A DNA stretch of 64,000 nucleotides, from contig JBDRSV010000024.1 in assembly GCA_043824495.1 (NCBI GenBank), positions 107,816-171,815 of the forward strand. The letters run 5' to 3'. The notes under the pieces were generated by a model, which was not told the DNA's origin, did not search any database, and was given only the letters and a program-made list of their open reading frames with translations. Both the position numbers and the translations under genes were made by a program. The first letter of the stretch is position 1. Each line of letters opens with the position of its first letter. The stretch comes from Candidatus Aenigmatarchaeota archaeon. GTDB lineage: Archaea; Aenigmatarchaeota; Aenigmatarchaeia; QMZP01. This document shows, piece by piece, positions 60,823 to 64,000 of the stretch.

Positions 60823-61551
60823 GTGGCAAATCATGGCGATCTCAACGGTGCTGCCATAAGTAAACTTAATGAAATTCGTAGGCAGCTCGATCAGGTTCAT
60901 GGATATCCATTCGACCCGGTAGGTCTCAACGAAGCACTCAGAGTCATCGCAGCAGGAGAATTCGATGCTCTTTCCACATCACATGAACTGATAGTTCATG
61001 TAGGAGACGCTGAAGCCGCTCTCAAACGCATCAGGGGCGCCACTCCAGAGACAGTGATAATGCACGTCCCAAATAACCATGAAGCTTCTCTCAGGGTGTG
61101 TGAACGTAGCTTCGAGGAGCTTTTGAGGGACTTCCCGCGGCACTTGACAACTTGGAGGTGTCGGAAAGTCACGGACGACGATCAATTGAGCGTCATGGTT
61201 CGTCTTGTGAAACTCTCACGTGACATGAGCTTTAGAGAGTTCGTGAGGTTCTTCCGTTCAATCGGCCTCAGACCCGCGAAGCTCCGCACACTTGGAGCAT
61301 TCATTGGTGCGTATCCAAAACTTTTGGGAAGCGCAGAAGATCCTTTCTGTACTCTCGCACCTGGGAATAACTTCGGAGCATTATCGCGACACTGTCCATT
61401 GAGTGGGTCGGAATACATTCCTTACACCTCGTGGTCATCCAAAGATGATCGTTTGTTGCTTCTAACATATTACCTCTTTCGCAAAGAGGAGAAGATGCGA
61501 GCGGATGATAGGGTTCTCATGGTGCCGACGAGTGCACCCGTGTGGATCTGA
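60823..61551 (+). CDS. Hypothetical protein resembling families common in Patescibacteria
   Basis: GGAGG SD; VRLVKLSRDMS...GLRPAKLRTLGAFIGAYPKLL pattern recognised from memory only. Confidence 0.65.
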   Translation: MANHGDLNGAAISKLNEIRRQLDQVHGYPFDPVGLNEALRVIAAGEFDALSTSHELIVHVGDAEAALKRIRGATPETVIMHVPNNHEASLRVCERSFEELLRDFPRHLTTWRCRKVTDDDQLSVMVRLVKLSRDMSFREFVRFFRSIGLRPAKLRTLGAFIGAYPKLLGSAEDPFCTLAPGNNFGALSRHCPLSGSEYIPYTSWSSKDDRLLLLTYYLFRKEEKMRADDRVLMVPTSAPVWI

Positions 61552-61581
61552 TCCAAAAACAGACCAACTAACCACGAATTC

Positions 61582-61610
61582 AACCAGTCAAGTTTCTTGG
61601 TTTTGTATGC
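61582..61610 (+). repeat. Direct repeat, right copy
   Basis: AACCAGTCAAGTTTCTTGGTTTTGTATGC (one extra T). Confidence 0.9.
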
Positions 61611-61683
61611 CGATGTTCACGCTAATAATCCTCCCGAATCATAGTCTCCAGGCAGAGGATTATTACATGTTGTAACGAATAAC

Positions 61684-61740
61684 AACCAGAGCAAGGTAAG
61701 TTCGCGTCTCGAAAGGATGCGGATCCTGCTCTGGTTTTTT
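61684..61740 (+). terminator. Bulged hairpin + T-tract next to motif E
   Basis: AACCAGAGCA-A-GG ... CCTGCTCTGGTT followed by TTTT. Confidence 0.7.
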
Positions 61741-61742
61741 AT

Positions 61743-61763
61743 ATTGTCTAATTAAAGGGATAT
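61743..61763 (-). repeat. Island-edge motif, copy E
   Basis: ATTGTCTAATTAAAGGGATAT, identical to copy C. Confidence 0.9.
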
Positions 61764-61782
61764 AGATGACTAAAAAAATGAA

Positions 61783-62466
61783 CTAATAAGCTCTCCTAGC
61801 CTTCCTGTACAACCTATCAACTTGTCTTTGTTTTGGAGTTTTATTTCCCATTCTACTAATCATAATCAAAACAACAATTACAACTATAATTGCTCCAAAA
61901 ATCACATAAACATAAAACCAATTATCTTGAGCAGTTGGCGGCTCTCGCTCTTCTTGACAGTCTTGAGGACAAGATGAAACAGTTTCAACTAGATCACACA
62001 CATCATTCCCACAAGCAACACCAGAAACATCAAATGACAACACTCTTATACCAATCTCGTCATAGATATTTATCTTCTCACCTGCTGGAGAGTATGGAAC
62101 GTTAAGAAACACTGTGGATTCTGTGTATGTTCGATGTGCTACGAAATCAGGACAGTTTTCATGTACAAATTCAAGAGTCTGTTCATCAAAGCATTCTGGA
62201 AAAGGATCGAAGAATATTTCAAGAGGAAAATTAAAATTATAAATGTATAATATCTCATTATCATTAGAAACCAATTCGATTGTATAATCTTTTTCGAGTA
62301 TGACATCATCAGAGGGATAGGACGTTTCCAAGATTACGTTATTCATAGTTATTAAACCGTTATTATATGACAGCTCAATATTATAAACAGTAGGCAAATA
62401 AGCCTGGACAGCCCCAACATTAATCAATACAGCCAACACAATGATTATTTTCCTCATTCGTTCCAC
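61783..62466 (-). CDS. Secreted protein with a C-terminal TM anchor and CGNxxC motif
   Basis: Signal peptide; CGNDVCDLVETVSSCPQDC; TM segment near the C-terminus. Confidence 0.8.
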   Translation of the reverse strand: MERMRKIIIVLAVLINVGAVQAYLPTVYNIELSYNNGLITMNNVILETSYPSDDVILEKDYTIELVSNDNEILYIYNFNFPLEIFFDPFPECFDEQTLEFVHENCPDFVAHRTYTESTVFLNVPYSPAGEKINIYDEIGIRVLSFDVSGVACGNDVCDLVETVSSCPQDCQEEREPPTAQDNWFYVYVIFGAIIVVIVVLIMISRMGNKTPKQRQVDRLYRKARRAY

Positions 62467-63769
62467 GACCCTATCTTATTAAGCCAAATATACCGTTCCA
62501 ATATTTTTCTTGCATGCCTCTCATTTACCGGACCGAATTCTAAAGTTAAACTATGATATCTCATAACAGAATTGTTAGTTGGACGGACATACTCTTTTGA
62601 AGAACCACAACCATAAAAATATCCTACTTTTAAATCACCCTCTCCTTGTCCTTCTAGATCTCCCCACCATTTTTGAGCTGTCATTTTATCAGGAGCACAG
62701 TTTGGCTGTCCACTAAAACCAAATCCGCCTTCTCTTAAATATTCATCCTTTAGATTGAAAAGCGCATGACCCATTTCCCCATTTCATGAACAACAACGTT
62801 TTCATATGGTTTTGAAGTTGAAATAATAATAAAACCGGGTGATGTGATAAATCCCAGAGTTCTTTTTGCGAAATTTGCATTGCCTATTACATCATCTCTG
62901 AAAAGAACAACAACAACATCTGTTGGACAATAATCATTTATAGTTTTTCTAAATTTTTCTCTTCTATTATAAACTCTTAGATGTTCGATAAAATCGTCAA
63001 TAACATTGTAATTAGGGAAAGCGAGATTAGAATATTCGTTATTTATTGGAGTTAGCATATGAAAATTAAATAGATCTCTTTGTTCATAAAATAATGAAGA
63101 AGACAGCAAACTGTTAATAGCTAAATTTGCATCGTTCTCCAAGTCCATGAGATTAGAATAATACACCCCCACAAAGGTAATATCAATTTTTTTATATGAA
63201 GGTCCGGTTTTCCAAATATCCTTGCAATCTATGTCTATTTCATGACCAATACGACAGATTGGTGCATTTTCTATGTGATTTTTTATGCCGGTAATCAATT
63301 TATCTACTAAATTACTAAAAGCTTCATCATAATTGCCTTCTGCGATCGTATCACTTACCTCGGGGCTCCTCTCTATTGACAATATAGTTTCTGATTCTAG
63401 ACTACATACAATAGAATGTGCAATTCTTAATGTATTTTCATCCTTAACATAGTAAATAAACATGTTTAAGGTTTTGTCTCCATAATTGTTAGTGCCCAGA
63501 TTATGGATGTATAAAAAACGATCTTTCGTCTCTTGATCAAAAGTTCTATAAGTAATGGAACGAGTATTTTCTACCTCTAGTATTACTACTACATTATAAT
63601 TCTTATAAAATTCAGATAATTTTGACTCAAGTTGATCCTTTACTTCTACCGAAAGAAGAGAATCGTTATCATGAATAAATGTAGAGGGACTATTTACCTG
63701 CGATGCTGCTGTTTGAACTATGAATAACGAGCATACAACTATTGAAACATAAAGTAAAGTATTATTCAT
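62454..63769 (-). pseudogene. TPM-domain + M64-like zinc metallopeptidase, frameshifted
   Basis: 8-bp tandem duplication (62770-62785); removing one copy gives VVHEMGHALFNLKDEY. Confidence 0.8.
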
Positions 63770-64000
63770 CTTATATCAACCAAGACCTCACCAAAATCTA
63801 ATGGTGGTCTTGAACCTCCTTGAGTGTTTCCTGTTCCTCCAGAACTTGGAGATCCGCTACCAGTTCCAAGAGTTCCATCAGGATTTAGAAGATTGTCTGT
63901 GTCGGGTAATTTCTGATTGTCCATCCAACCAAAGAATTTTGTTATTTCTGTTTGTATATTTTCTATTCCACCATAGAATGTCATTAATACGATAAAGGCT
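63766..64000 (-). CDS. 3' part of a gene extending beyond the window
   Basis: Frame open to the edge: AFIVLMTFYGGIENIQ... Confidence 0.55.
   Translation of the reverse strand, partial: AFIVLMTFYGGIENIQTEITKFFGWMDNQKLPDTDNLLNPDGTLGTGSGSPSSGGTGNTQGGSRPPLDFGEVLVDIR

Larger units (their letters stand above)
60650..61763. mobile_element. GC-richer island E
   Basis: One gene flanked by direct repeats, ending at the edge motif; left boundary approximate, with AT-rich non-coding DNA from about 60240. Confidence 0.6.

Noticed and set aside
78-63995. Numerous 60-180 aa ORFs antisense to or overlapping well-supported genes in the ORF track
   Set aside because: These are shadow ORFs with no SD or family motifs.

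Overview
The backbone is an AT-rich archaeal chromosome, probably DPANN (the lineage is inferred). Markers include rpl7ae, rps28e, rpl24e, dph5, pelota, an archaeal-type cmk, a YchF-like GTPase, DUF63, and Ino1 with a CDP-alcohol phosphatidyltransferase. It is interrupted by five clearly GC-richer islands (A 901-3415, B 3416-~7030, C ~10550-19547, D 40208-~42430, E ~60650-61763), and the start of a probable sixth lies at the left window edge. These islands carry genes that look like those of diderm bacteria: a FlgD/T9SS-type C-terminal sorting domain protein, a lipoprotein, a TolB-like propeller, a beta-barrel-like protein and an FHA domain. The main unexplained signal is that every island ends at the same polar 21-bp motif, ATATCCCTTTAAWTRGACAAT. 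A hairpin sits next to the motif on the island side, and all intact long cargo ORFs are transcribed toward it. Within the islands, unrelated genes share covarying intergenic modules, and one gene is flanked by 28/29-bp direct repeats. This suggests an undescribed cassette or DNA-capture system, but no recombinase is visible in the window. The window also holds a 9,150-bp IS903-like (IS5 family) cargo transposon with perfect 16-bp TIRs and a 9-bp TSD, inserted flush against one motif copy and carrying a type IIG R-M enzyme and a Panacea/RelE-like TA pair. Other notable items are a 469-aa intein in Ino1, a 1520-aa membrane protein with SLT and M23 peptidoglycan-hydrolase domains, and an M64-like peptidase frameshifted by an 8-bp duplication. 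GC contrasts were judged by eye, and protein families were recognised from motifs; no searches were run.
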